From Setoptus koraiensis (Eukaryota; Animalia; Arthropoda), in the NCBI GenBank assembly GCA_048013815.1, contig CM106586.1, positions 17,546,001 through 17,610,000 of the forward strand: a stretch of 64,000 nucleotides of DNA, read 5' to 3'. The position numbers and the translations under genes are program-made. The notes under the pieces are model-generated. The model was not told where the DNA came from. It worked only from the letters and a program-made list of their open reading frames with translations, and ran no database searches. Below, in pieces: positions 44,329 to 59,799 of the stretch (its first letter is position 1; each line of letters starts with the position of its first letter).

Positions 44329-45207
44329 TGCTGTCGTTGTTGCCGTTGCTGCTGTTGTCGGCGCCACCGGTCTGACAGTGAGACGGGCAGCGTCGACGCA
44401 CAGGTGCAGCGCCAGCAGTTGAAGTGGCCGGCGCTTGAACTTGACTGTCCAGCGAGTGTCCAGCGAGTGTCCAGCGAGTGTCCGGCGAGTGTCCGGAGGA
44501 CGCTTCCTAGGCATTGTTGTAGCCGCTGTGGTTGTTGCCCTGGCGCACACTCGACAACAGACAACAACAACAACGACGGCAACAACAACAACGACGGCAA
44601 CAGCGGCAACAACAAAATTATTATTATTACGTAATTATTGTTCCTTTCAGTTGTTGTGCGCATTTTCTAGGTTATCAACAATCTGTTCGGTCGGTGTCGG
44701 TGTCACTGTCACTGTTGTTGCAATCGCAACGAGAGCAACCGTTGCCAGCGACGGCCAACAGCGGCCGGCAAGGCCGCTGCTCGCATTCGAGAGTAATGGT
44801 TGTGGCGGCTGTCAGTGGAACAACAACAAGCGGCAACAACAATCGCTTGTTGTTGTTTGTATCAAAACCAATCATTATCATTCAGTCAGCTGTGTGTGAC
44901 AAACAGCTGACTGTGTGCGGAGCCCCGTCCGACTGGCGCAAGTGTGTCAGCGTTGTGTGTCGGCTGACCGACCGCTCGAGCGGCTCGAGCGGTTCGAACG
45001 GCTCGATCGGCCGATCGATCCATTCGAAACGGGGACGATATTTTTGAATAAACTGCCGGCCGTTCTCGGACAAGCGGTCATCATGCGCTACATATCACAT
45101 TGCGCAACCTAAGCAGGGCCGTTATCACAACTACTTAGCCCGTTAGTTGGGCGCCCTCACCGACACTTACCGACACACACACCGACACACACACCGACAC
45201 ACACACC

Positions 45208-45256
<49 letters not shown>

Positions 45257-46587
45257 ATACAGCGACAACAGCGAGCCAGAAGCGAACGATCTGCGGCCGG
45301 CTATTGCCGCATAATAACCGTTGGTCCTGTCATCTCCGCAACAGTTTGCCCGCGCTGTCCGACCGTTATCTGCATGCTCACCTGTCCTGTCACCGTTACC
45401 TGTTGCCCGTTTGCGTCTGTGTGTCGTGGCGCTGCGATTTGACGGTTCATTGTTGATCCGACGGGCTCAATCACCGTCATTGCGACCGGCCGTCATTGAT
45501 GATGGCGGCCATAATTGATCCCGTTTTAGTTTCGGACGGCACTTCTGGCTCGCCCGTGTGCCGGCCCGCCGACCGACGGCACACTAGCCCGCGAGCCGCT
45601 TTGCTGTCGCGCATTCCACGGACGCTGCCTATTTCGACTCAAATCCGGTCGTGGCGCGTCATTCGGTCGCTCGTTGCGCCGCATGTTTGGCCCGACCAGC
45701 CGGCCCGGCCCTGTTCGGCCCTGTTCGGTCCTGTTCGGCCAGTGTGTCGGTCAGGGTCGGCGCGCCGCTCGCACTGTCTGGCTTGTCCGAGTTGGCTCAC
45801 TTAATATGCAAATTATCGCGACCGCTCGCGCTGTGTCAGCGCAACAATTACACAATTAGCCGGCCCGAGAGTTAGCCGGCCACTCAATCGGCTCAATTGG
45901 CTCAATTGGCTCACTCGACGACGGCCAGCGATGACAAGTGACAATCGATTGTCCGGCGTCGCCGCCTCTGCCGGCTCTGGCAAGACTGGCGAGAGTGGCG
46001 AGAGTGGCGAGAACGGCGAGATTGGCAAGGTGTCGCGTTGCATAATTGCCGGCCAGTTTGCGGGCTGCAGTGCGGGCACTTGCGCCGCACTTGAAAGTTT
46101 CGAGTTGAAACTGTTGCTCGCAAATCGCCACTCGGCGCCACTCTGAAGGGGATATTTGGCGCGAAATGTCGCTCGAAATATCCCTTGTCACGGACAAGTG
46201 GTCCGGCTCGCGCCGCGCCACACAGCGACCGTAATGTCCGACGGCGATGATAAATGGTGGACAAATGCGAGAATAAGGGACGAATAGTGGCGAAAACAAG
46301 GGACAAATAGCGGCGAAAAAAGAGGTAGTTACCTTGAGCGAGAAGGCGTAAATGTTCTGGTCGTAGTTGTTGTTCTTGTTGCCCTCTTCCTCCTGCTGGA
46401 TGTGCTTGATGAGACTCAGGTCGAGAACGCCGTCCAAGAAGGAGCACAGCTCGGCGGCGGGCCCCCTGTAATAGGTTAGCGAGCCGTTCTTCAGCACGAA
46501 CCAGTGCTGGCTCCATTGTTTGCGCGTCAGACGCAACAGCCAGCCCTTCTTCACCAGGTTGCCGTTGGGCGCCTTCGTCTGGCCAGT
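40133..46587 (-). CDS. osp: Outspread/MPRIP/TRIOBP-like PH plus coiled-coil protein; complement join(46587..46333,43642..40133), 5' exon(s) uncertain
   Basis: The PH domain is split by an intron: KKGWLLRL...WSQHWFVLKNGSLTYYRGP...LDGVLDL...YAFSLK (donor GTAACT at 46332), then MWNGEHHVLAASSLMDRSQWLEAI (acceptor TAG at 43643-43645), phase 0. The C-terminal coiled coil is MKLKVDDLTNKLLISGRQL. The long middle section is low complexity. Confidence 0.8.
45172..45254. repeat. (AC)n microsatellite with CCG interruptions
   Basis: Directly visible. Confidence 0.95.
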
Positions 46588-48547
46588 CTTTATATATATT
46601 ATATGTTATATTTATATTCATGCATGAATATATCATTTCGGGTCGTCAATGCCAACGTTGATTCGATTAGGAGTCGTCGACGATTATTGTTATTATTATT
46701 AGCAGCGCGTTGTCGGCCAATTTGCAGCACCATTGCCCAGCCAATGAATTCATGAATTTTTATTATTCATTATTTGATTTGTGAACGAACGTGCATATTG
46801 ATGGGCACGGGCGTTCGAAGGGCCGCATAGGGAGATAAGATAAGGGGAGAGAGAAAGAGAGCAGGTTAGTGATCGTGGCCAGCTAGTGATGATTTGAGCA
46901 TGTTTCACCTGTTGTTCATTAGCTAACTGTCAATCAAGCGCTCGCTTTGTTTTGACTCTGCTTAATTGCGCACCGCGTCTGACAGCAACGCCGACACCGA
47001 CACCGACACCGACAACAGCGTGCGTGTATATTAATGGGCATAAAATGAGAATTAAACTGCGATTTGGCACCCTGTTCAAGGTTCCCCTTTCAAAGTTGGA
47101 TATTGCGTTATTAGTGCGCCTCGCGATATTGGTGCGCCCGTTGCGATATTGGTGCGCCCGCTGCGGGCCGTCAGCAGCCGACGGGCGCACTAATAACGCA
47201 ATCGGCGCAACATTGCGCTCAGGTGCGTGCATTGTATCATGCAATTTGTACGCCAGGTAAGTCTCAATATGGCCGCTCGTATTTATTTTGCTCGCGCTCT
47301 GTTTGCTGGCATCGGTCTAACCAGCGCCAGCCATCCGCTCACAGCCAGACAGCTGACTGGTTTAGCTGGCCGCCGGCCCGTCAGCCGGCGGCCCGCGAGC
47401 CCGTTAGCCCGTTAGACCGCGAGCCCGTCAGCCCGCCGGGTAGACAATGGGCAGCAGCGGGCAGGTAGAGCGACGGACAGAATGGCGATCGAAGTTGCGT
47501 CACATCAACACGGAATCGAGTTGATCTAATTAAACCAACGCGCGCGCACTAATAGCCGCTCGGTAAGCCGCTTGCGAGAGCTCAGGTGAGACAGGTAGAC
47601 AGGCCAGGGCAAGGTGCAAAAGGTGAGTGAGTTTGGGCGAGGTGGCAATAAAAAAGGAACGAATACGAATGAATAACAACAAACGCACACAATATCGCGC
47701 GCGCGCTGGCCGGTCGCTTGAATGGCGGCCAGCCAGGCCGGGCCGGCCGTTCGGGCGGCGCGTATCCCCTATCGTTGGTACACGTTGTTACACTGGGCCT
47801 ATCATTGCTCACACTTGTTGCTTGCAGCTCACCTGTGCTGGCTGTCAGTTTGCGTTTGCTCTTGTCGCTGCTGTTGGCTGCTTTTCTCTGCTGGCTTCTT
47901 TCGCGCTGCTGGCGCCGCTCGGCCAACAGGTAACTTATGGCCGTCAATTTGTTTGTTGTTTGTTCGTGCTACCTGTTCGCTGGCCGGCCGAGCGCAGTTG
48001 TTGGCCCGATCAAGGCGATTCGCTGTGCGCCGTCGCTGGCCGCCCGCTCGAACGTGCGACGCGCGCGCTGTCGAATGGGCGCGCTGTCGAATGGGCGAGC
48101 GTTGCAAGTTCGAACAGACTCGGCCGCGAATAGACGGCGCACAAAGAAGCCCGAGAACGCGCACAAAGAAGCCCGAGAACGCGCGCACTTGGCGCGAAGA
48201 AGCGCGCCCGAACTGGCTGGTAATGAGCCGCGCGCAACAGGTATCCCGCTCTCGAGAACGCACCGAGTCGACAAGGTAGCGGGCCGCTAACGTGCCGGGC
48301 CGACGATATTGACGCGGAGCGGCAACCCGAGCCGGTCCAATGTCAAACGCGACGCGAACGGGGCTGGCTGAAACAATTTGGCGAGCTCGCCGAAATTGAG
48401 CGCAGCGAACGTGCCGCCACTTGTTGTGATAAGACAAATAGATTTATTAGTCATTGATCATCAATCATCAATATTGTCCGAGCGCCGAGAAGCCGGCAGT
48501 CTGATTGTTGCCGTCTGTCTGATTGTTGCCGTCGGAGCCGTCGGCAG

Positions 48548-48590
48548 CAGCAGCAACAACGGCAACGACAACAACAACAACAACAACGGC

Positions 48591-48639
<49 letters not shown>

Positions 48640-48666
48640 GCAACAGCAACAACAACAGCAGCAACG
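48548..48666. repeat. (AAC)n-rich trinucleotide tract
   Basis: Directly visible. One of many CAA/TTG-based tracts (also about 13340-13440, 17360-17440, 44270-44350, 49860-49950, 53370-53480, 54060-54165). Confidence 0.9.
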
Positions 48667-49916
48667 ACAAGTGTCTTGCCAGAGACTCATTAACCGTTGG
48701 CGCTATTTTTGCCTGCGTTCGAAGGCCCGACAGCCGAGGAAAAACAAAGGTGAAACGAAAATAGCGCTCCATCTCTGCGTGCGTTATAATAAAGAATAAG
48801 GAATAAAGAATAAAGAATGTGCATTTTCGGGCAAACCTCTGGCAGTGGCAGGTCGGCTCGCCTGACGGTTGCCCACAAATACACATTCTTTTTTCTGGTA
48901 CACACACACACACGGACGCTTGATCGCAAATCGAGATGTGTGTTTGTGGCGGATATTTTAATCGTTTGTTTGTTTCGACACGAACACAAGCGGCCCGTTA
49001 TCGGCCGACAACATCTAGCCGACGGTAGCGAGAGCAGGCTTTTTGCTGGTATCGATTTCGATCAGTTCCGACACTTTTTCCCCACAAGTCCGGCTCCCGG
49101 CTTACAACGCTCGCACAATGCGCTTGTCGGAGTTATTTCGAGCCCGTTGTCTCAAAGTGCCGCTCGCATGCGCAATCGGGCGCCGCACTTTGTCGCTCTG
49201 TTTGTCGGCGCGCTCCATCTTCCTTTAGGGCGACACTCGGCGAACAAGACCGTCTTGTCAAGACGACAGTTCGAGCGCTAATTATCCGGCCGGCCGATCG
49301 GCCGGACATTCGCACAACAACGGTCTCGCAAGCTTTGCGGGCTTGTCGCGGCCGGCCCGACGGCCGGGGTCACTCTGGCGCGACGCGGTCGGTGCCGGGC
49401 GCCCCCGGAGAGCGCCGGCCAGCGAGAGTGGACGCCGGCCGAGAGCGAGCCGACGCAGAGAGCGAGCCGGCGTCGAGAGTGAGCCGGCGTCGATAGTGAA
49501 AAGCGCGCAAAGCCGGCAAGCGCAAACAAGTGTTGCCTCTGGGCTACACTTGACCGTTGCATCCACGGATGATGCAACCGATGCTGCAACGGTCATGATG
49601 CAGCGGATGATGCAACGGTCATGATGCAACCGATGATGCAACGGACTGTTTCAAAGAGCACACACACACAGTTATGCACACTGCACTGCTGTTGCGCAAC
49701 AGCGAAAATTACCGGTGCTCACAGGTGAGGAGAGTGATGAGCGGCACGAAGCTGGCGGCTGACCGAGCGACCGGCCGGCCGCTCGAACGCCGAGCATAAT
49801 GAGGCCATCGTGCCACGTTGAACGCCTCGAGTGCCGAGCGTGACGCAACAAACTGTTGCCGGCGTTGTTGCCGTCGTTGTTGCTGTCGTTGTTGTTGTCG
49901 TTGTTGTTGTCGTTGC

Positions 49917-49952
<36 letters not shown>

Positions 49953-52900
49953 GCACTTCGGGCCGGCTGGAGTCGCTCGCGAAAGACTCTCGCTGCAGCG
50001 GCGCAGCGAGAGAGCGGGCGCACAGAAGAGCGTTCATTAGAATAATGGCTTATTATGTAATAGTTTGCTTGCGTGCTCGATATTGGCCAGCCGGGCCAAT
50101 GGTTAGTGGCAGTTGCACTTGTTGCATCAACATCAACACCGGCACCAGTTTATGATGGTGGCGCCAACAGGTGCATGTGTAACTCAATCGTGTTACACTC
50201 ACGCTACCAACTATTACGCAACATGTATAACTGTATGTTATGTAATGTAATGTGTTATAGTGTGTGTGTGTGTAATGCAGCCAGCAAGTCTATTTACAAT
50301 GCATGTTGCATAATCATGATTAGCGAGAGAGAGAGAGAGAGAGAGAGACGTTACGCCAATGAGTTACGTAACCAATCATGATGAGCTCAGCTGATAAATA
50401 AGTGAGTCACAGCGAATTAGACGCTGCTACACGCTGGCGTGAATAACGGCAACACTCGGCCACTATTCACCTTGTTTGCAGCCCAAAAACAAACTGGCGT
50501 CTTGTTGTTGTTGCTATTGCTGCTGTCGAGACTCTGACTTTGTCTGGACAGGCGCAATTCGCACTGATTTGGCCGGCCAGTTGGCACTGATTTGGCCCAC
50601 GGATTCGCACAGCCGAATTGGCCCACAAATTCGCACAGCTGATTGGCTAACTGAATCTGAAGGCTGTTGGTGATGGATCACAACACAGTCCAGTTGTGCA
50701 ACAAGTTGTGTGCGCCGTTAATAACGACGCCGATGATGCAATCTATTTAATGACTTCATCATCATTAATAATAATTGCCGCCGATCATGTTGTTGTTGTT
50801 GTTGTTGCCCGTGCTGGCTGTCCAATTCAAATTTGCGCTCACCTGTGCGCATCGTCACTTTCTCGCAGCATCGAGTCTGGTCGCTTGTCGGCCACTCCAG
50901 TGCAAACTGGTCGCTGGTTGCGCAACAGCCCAAAGCAAACGACCGAAATGGACACTCGCTCTGTTAGAGAGTGACTATAAATACACAATTACACAAGGTA
51001 TAAATAACAACTTTTGCTGCCGACGCTTGCATCATCTCGGCGCTTGCATCATTTTGGCGCTTGCATCATTTTGGCGCTTCTATCGGCCCGATGACTCATG
51101 AGAGTTTCTATGGGAGACTCACACAAGTGCGACGATGATGATGATGATGCAATCAGCGATCATGATACATCATCATCATCAATGATGAATCACACCTGAG
51201 TCAGCTGACGATGGGTCAGCTGGCCATGGGTCGGCTCAAATGATTAGTTGGCTCCCGCCGGCGAGTTGGCCCCAAAAATGGCCGGCATCATCAGTCACTA
51301 TTGCTTGTTGTGGCGCAAGCACCAACAACAACAACGCCAAGCAATAATGATGACGCAATAATAATGTTCGACATCTGACCCAATAGCTGTGAGTTACAGA
51401 GCGCCATCGATTGATTGACCCACTTGACGCACTTGGCCAGTCATTGCGTCATGTCATCGCTCGGCCAGTCATTGCGTCATGTCATCGCTCGGCCAGTCGC
51501 GTTATGTCATCGCTCGGCCGCTTGTCGCTTGCGTAACCGGCAAGCGACCAGTGATCAACTTGTTGCAGTTGCGCAATTGACACAACACAGTTTGCCGCCG
51601 ATGCAGCAACCAAACAGCAGCCGTCTGTCACCTAGGCGCGCCATCCTCGAGCATGTGTCATGTGACATGAGCGTCGTTGCGGCATGAGCGTCGTTGCGAC
51701 ATGAGGGACGCGCGAAAGTGACACCTGTCATTGTTGTCGTTGCTGTCATTGTTGTCATTGCTGTCATTGCTGTCATAATTGTCATTGTTGCCGTCTCACT
51801 GCGCACAGTCAATCACAGCTTGTGGCGAGCATTGTATCGGTTACAATTTGTAACTTACAAACGCACATGACAGCTCCACTCGGGCCGGCTCGACAGCGCC
51901 GGCCCGAGCTAACCAACGACCAATGACGAGTGATGTGTGCCACCGAGCACAAATGTCGCCCGGCCGCAACGGTCGTCGGGGCATCTATTTTGGTAATAAT
52001 TGGCAAGTAATTATTATTAGAGACTGGGCGAGAGCGAGAGTCGCTCATTGGCAGCCGCCACTGGCTGGCGGTCGGGCCAATTTGCGCGCCGCAGAAATGG
52101 ATATGCGGCCAAAATGACGCAACACAATGGCTGCCTGCATCTGTCTGATAATGCCAAATGACAATATCAAATGATAATGTCGAAATGATCACCATCACAA
52201 CCATGATAACTGTGGCGATATCAGGCCGCTGTCAGCTGATCGGCCGGCCATAAACAGCATCGCTCGACAAGCCCGCTTGCTCAATGAGCCCCAATGAGAG
52301 CGATAGCCGCGACAAAATGACACCACCAACAACAACGACGACGACGACCGTTACATGACCGTTGTCACACTCACGTGTGATGGAACCTTTCGCTGTCGCT
52401 CGCTGTCACTCGCTGGTTAGTCAGCTGGCCAGTCAGCTGGCCGGTCAGCTGACTAACCAGTCACCGCGCAACTATCGGCCGTTACATAATAGGGACGTTA
52501 CATAATAGTAGTGACAATAATTGTTGTGCAGCGCATGTGTGTTGTGGGCCGTTGCAGCAGCCGGCTGCTTGTCAAAGGGCAGTTTGACAAGCAGCTGTTT
52601 GTTGTTTGTGGCATTGGCAGCATTGGCAGCAGCAGCTTGGTCAGAATGGCGACAGAACGAACGAAGAAGAAATCAAGAGTGCAGCATGTGACAGTTGACA
52701 GTGGACAGCTGATGTTGTTGTTGTTGTTGTTGTTCTCACGGTCCAGTGGGCTGCGCGCCGATCGGCGACTCACCTAGACACGGTGTGAGAGAGTTGCACC
52801 GTTATCGTTATCGTTGGCGCTGGCGCTGCAGTGAGCGAGAGTAAAGAGTGCATTGTGTTATGTAATCTCTGTTTTGTTTATCGTGTAATCATCATGATGA

Positions 52901-54492
52901 TTGCGAGCGGCGACTCTCGAACGGAGAGCGGCCAAAGGCGAACGGCGAGCTGCGAATCGCAAATTGCGTATTGATTTGAGCCGCATGTGTGCCAATTCTC
53001 TGTGTGTGTGTCTATAAATAGAAAGTTGCACAGGCAACAAGTGTCAGTTGTTTGTCACTGTTGTTTGTGTTGTTAGCTGGCCATTGTTGCGTCATTGTCG
53101 TCGTCATCGGGCTGGTCGTGGCCGTCATGCGCTGGAGCGTTTAATTTTGCAGCTTGTTGCTGGGCACTGTGCGCTTGTTTGCCCAATTGACAGCCACAGT
53201 GAGTGCCGTTGTTGCCGTTGTTGTCGCTGTTGCCGTTGTTGCCGTTGTTGTCGCTGCTGACCGTGCCGTACATAATTGTCAATTGTGCCGTTGCATCAGT
53301 TTGATTTGCTGTGCGTTGCGTCGCCGCTGTCGGCAAAGCCGATCATGGGCATCGATCAGGCGCCAACAACAACAACTGCAGCGACAACAACGACTGCAGC
53401 GACAACAACGACTGCAGCGACAACAACGACTGCAGCGACAACAACAGCGCCAACAACGACAACAACGGCAGCAACGACAACGGCAACAACTCGTTTATCA
53501 ATGCGCAGCGGCCAGACAATGGTCGCTGCTGGCCAATCGCTGGCCGATAACGGTGCCCACAGTCGCCAGAACAGGTGACCCAGTTGCGGGTCGCCGCTCG
53601 CTGGCCCACTAATTGGCCAATGGAATCAATCGAGTGTAAACACAACAACAAACAACGGCACCAATTGCCAGTGGCCACAATTGCATCATTGAGCGAACAA
53701 CGCCAATAACTATCGCCAATAGCTATGCTGTATGGCGACGGTATCGGTCGGTCGTGTATAAAGTATAACGGTATAATAAGCTAGCCGAGGTGACATAAAT
53801 AATTGGCTCGCCAGCGCCACACACACAAATTGAGCTGTTCATCTATTTCTATTGATCGATTGCGTTGCGCAACGGCCACGGCCAGCGCCAAGCCAACAAC
53901 CTGTTGCTGGCATGACAATTCGTCTGACATGTTGTTGTTGTTGTTGTTGTCGCCTAGTATAACGGTGCCGTTTGTGTCGGCCAGATTATTATGCCACAAA
54001 TTATTTATTATTGCAAGAGAGTCATGCCAAGAAAACCGCCGCCAGATCAGCTGGCCGCCAGCGCCAACAACGACAGCGCCAACAACGACAGCGCCAACAA
54101 CGACAGCGACAGCAACGACAGCGACAACAACGACAGCGACAACAACGACAACGACAACAACAGCATTCATGGCAACAGAGCCCATCGAACAGTGAGGCAA
54201 GTGTCGGCCGACAGGTGCTTTCGCCAGTGACAACATAATTCGATACCCCGGGGCACACCGAGGGCACCTGCCCTAGCGGTGGCGGCGGCGGCCGCCGCCG
54301 CTCAGCTGACTGGCAGCACTGACACTTTTTGGCCGGCTCGCCATGCAAACAGCACCTGTTTGTGTAGACACTCTTGCCTAGACACTTTTATATAGACAGT
54401 TTTGTATAGACAGTTTTGTATAGACACTTTTATATAGACAGTGCCAGTTTATATGGCACTAGCCGAGCTGACCTTGGCAGCCAGCGCACAAT

Positions 54493-54533
<41 letters not shown>

Positions 54534-57500
54534 GGCCATGATAATTAGTTATGGGTGCGAATCGCTACACACACACACACACACAAACAAACAGATAAAA
54601 CAATCGTGACGGCATCAATTGTTTCAGCCGGGCTCACCTGTGCCGTGCCAGCTACCTGTCATGGCGCTGGCTTTGTTTGCATCGGCTGGCGCTGTTGGCT
54701 CGCCAGCGAGCCCGGCTCGGCCGAGCTGCCGCCACTTGCCCAGATGGCGGCCCGTTTCGGTGGCTGGCGGCCCGCTTATCGGGCTCACCGGGCTTATCGG
54801 GCCGGCTATCAATTGAATTTGGCATCACTCGGGGCACAGTTGTGGCGCGCGACTAACTATATTTGTAGCGCGAACGTACCTGTCGGCAACAGGTTGCACT
54901 TGGCCGGCTAATGACAAACGCAACAACCATTGATCGGCCAAAAGATGATGCCCTCGCCGAGGCTGGCATTGTCATCCTCGCATGGCTCGCTGGTCGTCCC
55001 GTTCGGCCGCGCTCTGTCGTCTCATTAACTCACCCGAATGTTCGGCCGGCTCACCTGGCCGAACAGCCCAACATTCAGGCGAGCCGAACAGCCGAACGGG
55101 CGCCTACTCACGACGGCCGCTCGCAGCCAGCTTCAAGGTGGCGGCCGCAAGTCGTGCCAATCAAATCGCCGCCTTCCATCTTTATTCTGATGCAATCTCG
55201 ATCGTCTGCCTACCTGTTGGCCGCTACCTGTTCTCTGTGTCGTCTTTATCTGTCCTTTATCTGTCCTTTGGCTCGCCATTATTATACTCTCATTATTGCG
55301 CTGCCTCTCATACTTGTGGCCTGTTGTGCCATTATGCCATTATGCTCGCACAATACGGCCTGCGCTGGCGTATTATCCCTCGATCCGACAATTATATCCA
55401 GATTGTTGCCAGATTGTTGTCAGGCGGGCTCGGCGCTACCGAAATTCACGACCTCTCTCATGCCATTCGCTCCGATATTCACGCTCGCGCCGATATCCAC
55501 GCTCGCGCCGATATTCACGCTCGCGCCGATATTCACGCTATTCACGCTGCCATGCGCGCATGCAAGTGCGCACCGGATCGGATAGTGGGCGATTCACGCT
55601 CGGTCATATCCACACACATATTTGCTGTTCATACCTCACTCATGTTACATGAGGCTCAGGTATAAAATGGTGAATCAGCGACTCGCCATTGGCGAGCTGG
55701 TGCGTGAATATATGCGAATGTATAGGTGAATTTATACGTGAATATACATGTGAATTTATGTGTGAATATAAAGGTGAATATATGCATGAGTGGCGCGTGA
55801 ATAGTCGCAATTGGGCCGCGTCGTGCCAACACCATTGGTCCAATATGCATTATATTGTGTCATTGGCAGCATTATTAGCTGGTGGTGATATTCACGACGG
55901 GCAGCGTGCGAAAGGGCAGCTCGGTATGCGAGCTCGACATTGCCGACGGTGCGCATCTTAAACAAACAACAACAAACGCACAACGGCAGCTATTTTTGGT
56001 ATTACGCAACTAATACTGACAGATATCAATAGCAATAGTTGCGTAACGAGCCGACGCCTTGCCTTGCGCACACTCGTCTCGGCATTGTGTGTCGCTCACA
56101 CTCGTCTCGGCCGGCCAAAGCGGCAGCCCGAGCGGCAAAAGCGGCAGCCCGAGCAGCAAAAGCGGCAGCCCGAGCGGTCGCGGCAAGCGGCCACAGGCGG
56201 ACAGGTGAGGCGAGCATCAAGTGGCGAGTCGCACGCTCGCCAGAGCACGCTTGCCGAGCTCGCCGATCGGCACAATGGCAATAAATAGATGCTGCCGCTG
56301 TTGTTGTTGTCGCTGTTGTTGTCGGTGTTGTGACTCGCAACTTGCGAGCGATCATCTAACAATCGTAAGCCAATTGGCGGGCTCAATGACGACCGGCTAA
56401 TTGTCTGTTTGTTTGCCCGCTCGTCGATCATCAAGGCTCGGTGTGGTTGTTGCCGTGGTTGTTGCCGTTGTCGTTGTTGCCGTGGTTGTTGTCGTTGTTG
56501 GCGTCGTTGTTGTCGTTGCTGCTGGCATCGTCTTATTGCGAGCCGGCACGAATGGCACGGTCGTGCCGACGTGCCGGCGCTCGTTGCCACTTGTTGCCAC
56601 CGCAAATCGAGCGTCAGATTACCCGAGCTTGATTATTGCGTAAACACACAACGCTAATAATACACGGCACAGGTAGCGAGCGCCGCTCGGCATAAATACG
56701 CCGCTTGCCGGTGGATTGCGTTAAACGGGCCTCGCCGGCCAGCCAGACGAATCGCCTCGCCAGACGAATCTATGGAGCACAAAGCAAACAACGGCCGTTT
56801 TGTGTTTGTTTATTTGCGAGAGCGGCCGCTCGAGTCAACCGCGCGGCCACCGCACCGCGAACCGCCCGAAAAAACGAAATGCCGGCCGGATATTCCAATC
56901 TTTTCGGCTCAGTGAGCTGATTGGGCCGGCTTACGGTGGCTCGGTGGGCCATAGCGCACGCCTCCGACCGGGCCGGCGCCGGGCCGGCAAGGTGAGCCCG
57001 ACATTGAGACACGGGGCGGGCAAACCGCCGCAACCCGCAACAGACTCGGCTGAACAGAGGCCAAACGGTGCAAACAAACAAACAAAGGAGTTAATTGGCC
57101 ATTGTGCCGCTGCTCGATTTAACTGCATTCGAAATTGGGCTGCGTTCGGCTAATTGCGCCGTGCCTAAATGCGACGCTAATATATAAATATAACAGTATA
57201 ATGGCGTATTATTATACGGCAACGCAAACACATTTGTATATTATTGAAATAAGAAAATATCAAAAATAAAATATATGTTTGCCCAGCGTTGGCAAGCCAA
57301 TTTAAATTAAATCTCGGCGCGCCAAATCTCGCCTGACCTTTGGCTGCCAATTCTGGCAAAGTTGGGCGGCACGTTTCGGCCGGTCGGTGCCGCCAGCGCG
57401 GTATCGCCGGCACGGTATCGCCGACACGGCATCGCAGCCCGGGTATCGCCTCTAACGTATATAAGGGTCTGGGCCGGAATCTCTGCTCTGGGGTACTGGC

Positions 57501-59799
57501 CGGCGGCGCGCGGGCGACGGGGGCGAGCGGCAGCGGCGCGCGGGACGGCGCCGGTCTAGGCCGATATATATAGCCGCGCCGGATAAGCTGGCGAGCGGCC
57601 ATAAAACGGGCTGCGTTTCGCATTTTATCCATTTTAGGCACAAGCGGATTAGCAGTGTCGTCGCAATCCCTACCCCAGGCGAACTTTGTCGGAATTGAGT
57701 TTGGCAGCGCGCCGTTTGCCGACACTCAGCCAGCGCTCAGCCCGAATGCAGCCCGAATTCAGCCCGAATTCAGCCCGAATGCAGCCCGAATTCAGCCAGA
57801 GCCGAGCCGGCCAGAAAGGAGCTCGGCGTGGCGGTTTGGGGCTGGCGCTTATCGCCAGACAATATCATACTATCCGGATAATACCTGCGCCGATGGCTGT
57901 GGCAGCGCATTGTTGCGCTGCGATGCGCGCTCATGCCACACGAGATCGGATTAAATCGCTCGCCGTGATTGCTTTACACTTTTATTTCGAGTGTGTGTAT
58001 GCGAGAATTTTCGGCAATTCGCGCCGACGAGCGCCGAAAATGCCGAGAGTGCCGACGAGCGACGAGAACGCCGAAAATGCTGGAAATGCCGAAAATGCCG
58101 AAAATGCTGGAAATGCCGAAAATGCTGGAAATGCGCGGATAAAAATAGCCCCTCGATTGGAGAGTCTCGTCTCAAGTGACCACTTGTTGCGCTCGTACGA
58201 GCGTATCATGCGAGCCGGGCGCCTGCCAGTTGTCGGCCGCCGTCGGTTGCTGTCGGTCGCCGTCGGATCGGCGCTAATCGGCGCCGGTCGCTCGCCAGAA
58301 CGCGACCGGCCGGCGAGTGCGCCGAGCCGGAGTGGAGTGGATTGGATTGGAAATTCAAGGTTGACACTTGTGGTCGAGAGCACTTGTGGCGGCTCGAGCC
58401 GTCGAATTGGCCTGTTCGACAGCGCAAATCGCCGGCCGAGCGACGGCCGTTTTGAAACGAGCCACTCGAGAGCGGCCGACAGGCTGGCAACAGTATCGCC
58501 TAGCCAGATATTGCCAGAGCGGCCGAACAGTATCGCCTGATATTATTCGGCCGGCCAGATATCGCCGACGGTGGCGCTGGCATGAGCGCTGGCAATATCA
58601 AAAGCTGGCAATATCAAAAGCTGGCAATATCAAAAGCTGGCAATATGAAAATATCGCGCAATGTATTAATATTAATATCAACATTATCACATCAAGGAAG
58701 GATATATTATCACGGCTTGCCAACTTGCCAAAGTCAACTCATTGGATCTGAGCTGTGTCTCGTTTTTGATTAATGACATTATTCGGGCTGTTCAATCAAG
58801 CAAACAACTCGTTGCCACTACTCATATCTACTCATATCTAGTGTGCGTCGCCCATCCACAGCCTATCAGTCAGTTGCCCATGTGGACACACATGTACAAA
58901 TGTGGTCTACAAATAGCAGTTCGCTGGCAAGCTCGCCGGCCAATTTTGCCAGCCGGCGAGCTTGCCAACCGGCGAGCTTGCCAGCCAGCGACGATGATTA
59001 AACAAACACTGGCGCTGTATTAGCAGCGCTGTGTGTATTAGCGAGTAGATTAGCTAATACACACAGTTTGCTTGGCCGTCGCGACTCGCCAAGACAATGT
59101 TGCGCAATTGCAGTTTGTCGAGCTGATATTAGTTGATATTAGTCAGCTGGTGGATATTAGTGGCTGGATATGAGCCGGTGGATATTAGTGGCTTGATATC
59201 AGTCAGCTGACTTGATATTAGTTGATATTAGTTGGCCGGCCTGCCCATACCAACTGGCTGGCTGGCTGGCTGCTAATATGTGATAGCATAATGGTATGGC
59301 CTAGATCTAATTAGTTAATCTCGGCAGCAAATATGTTATATATTGCACATTATACATAAATATATAAATATATAAATATGAGCTGCGAAGCGACCGCATG
59401 AGCCAGCGAGAAGCAGCCATATGAAACGAAACGAGACGATATGATGATTAAATTAATTAGATGAATATCATCTAAAAGCACTCGTTGGCCAGCCGCTCTC
59501 GACAGGGTCATGCCCGGCGGACGGCCGGCCGCGCCAACGGTCGGCCACTCGACGTGTTCCGCTCGTCACTGTTAATGTCGGCCGGCTAATGTCGCTGTTG
59601 ATGCAACCACCACCACCACCTTAACCGCAAATACAAACACTACCACAACCACCACTACAACCACAAACAAAAATACAAACGCAACCACAAACACAAATAC
59701 AAACGCAACCACAAACAAAAATACAAACGCAACCACAAACAAAAATACAAATGTAAATATTAATAAAAATTAATTGGGCGACCACCGGCGCAAACTTAC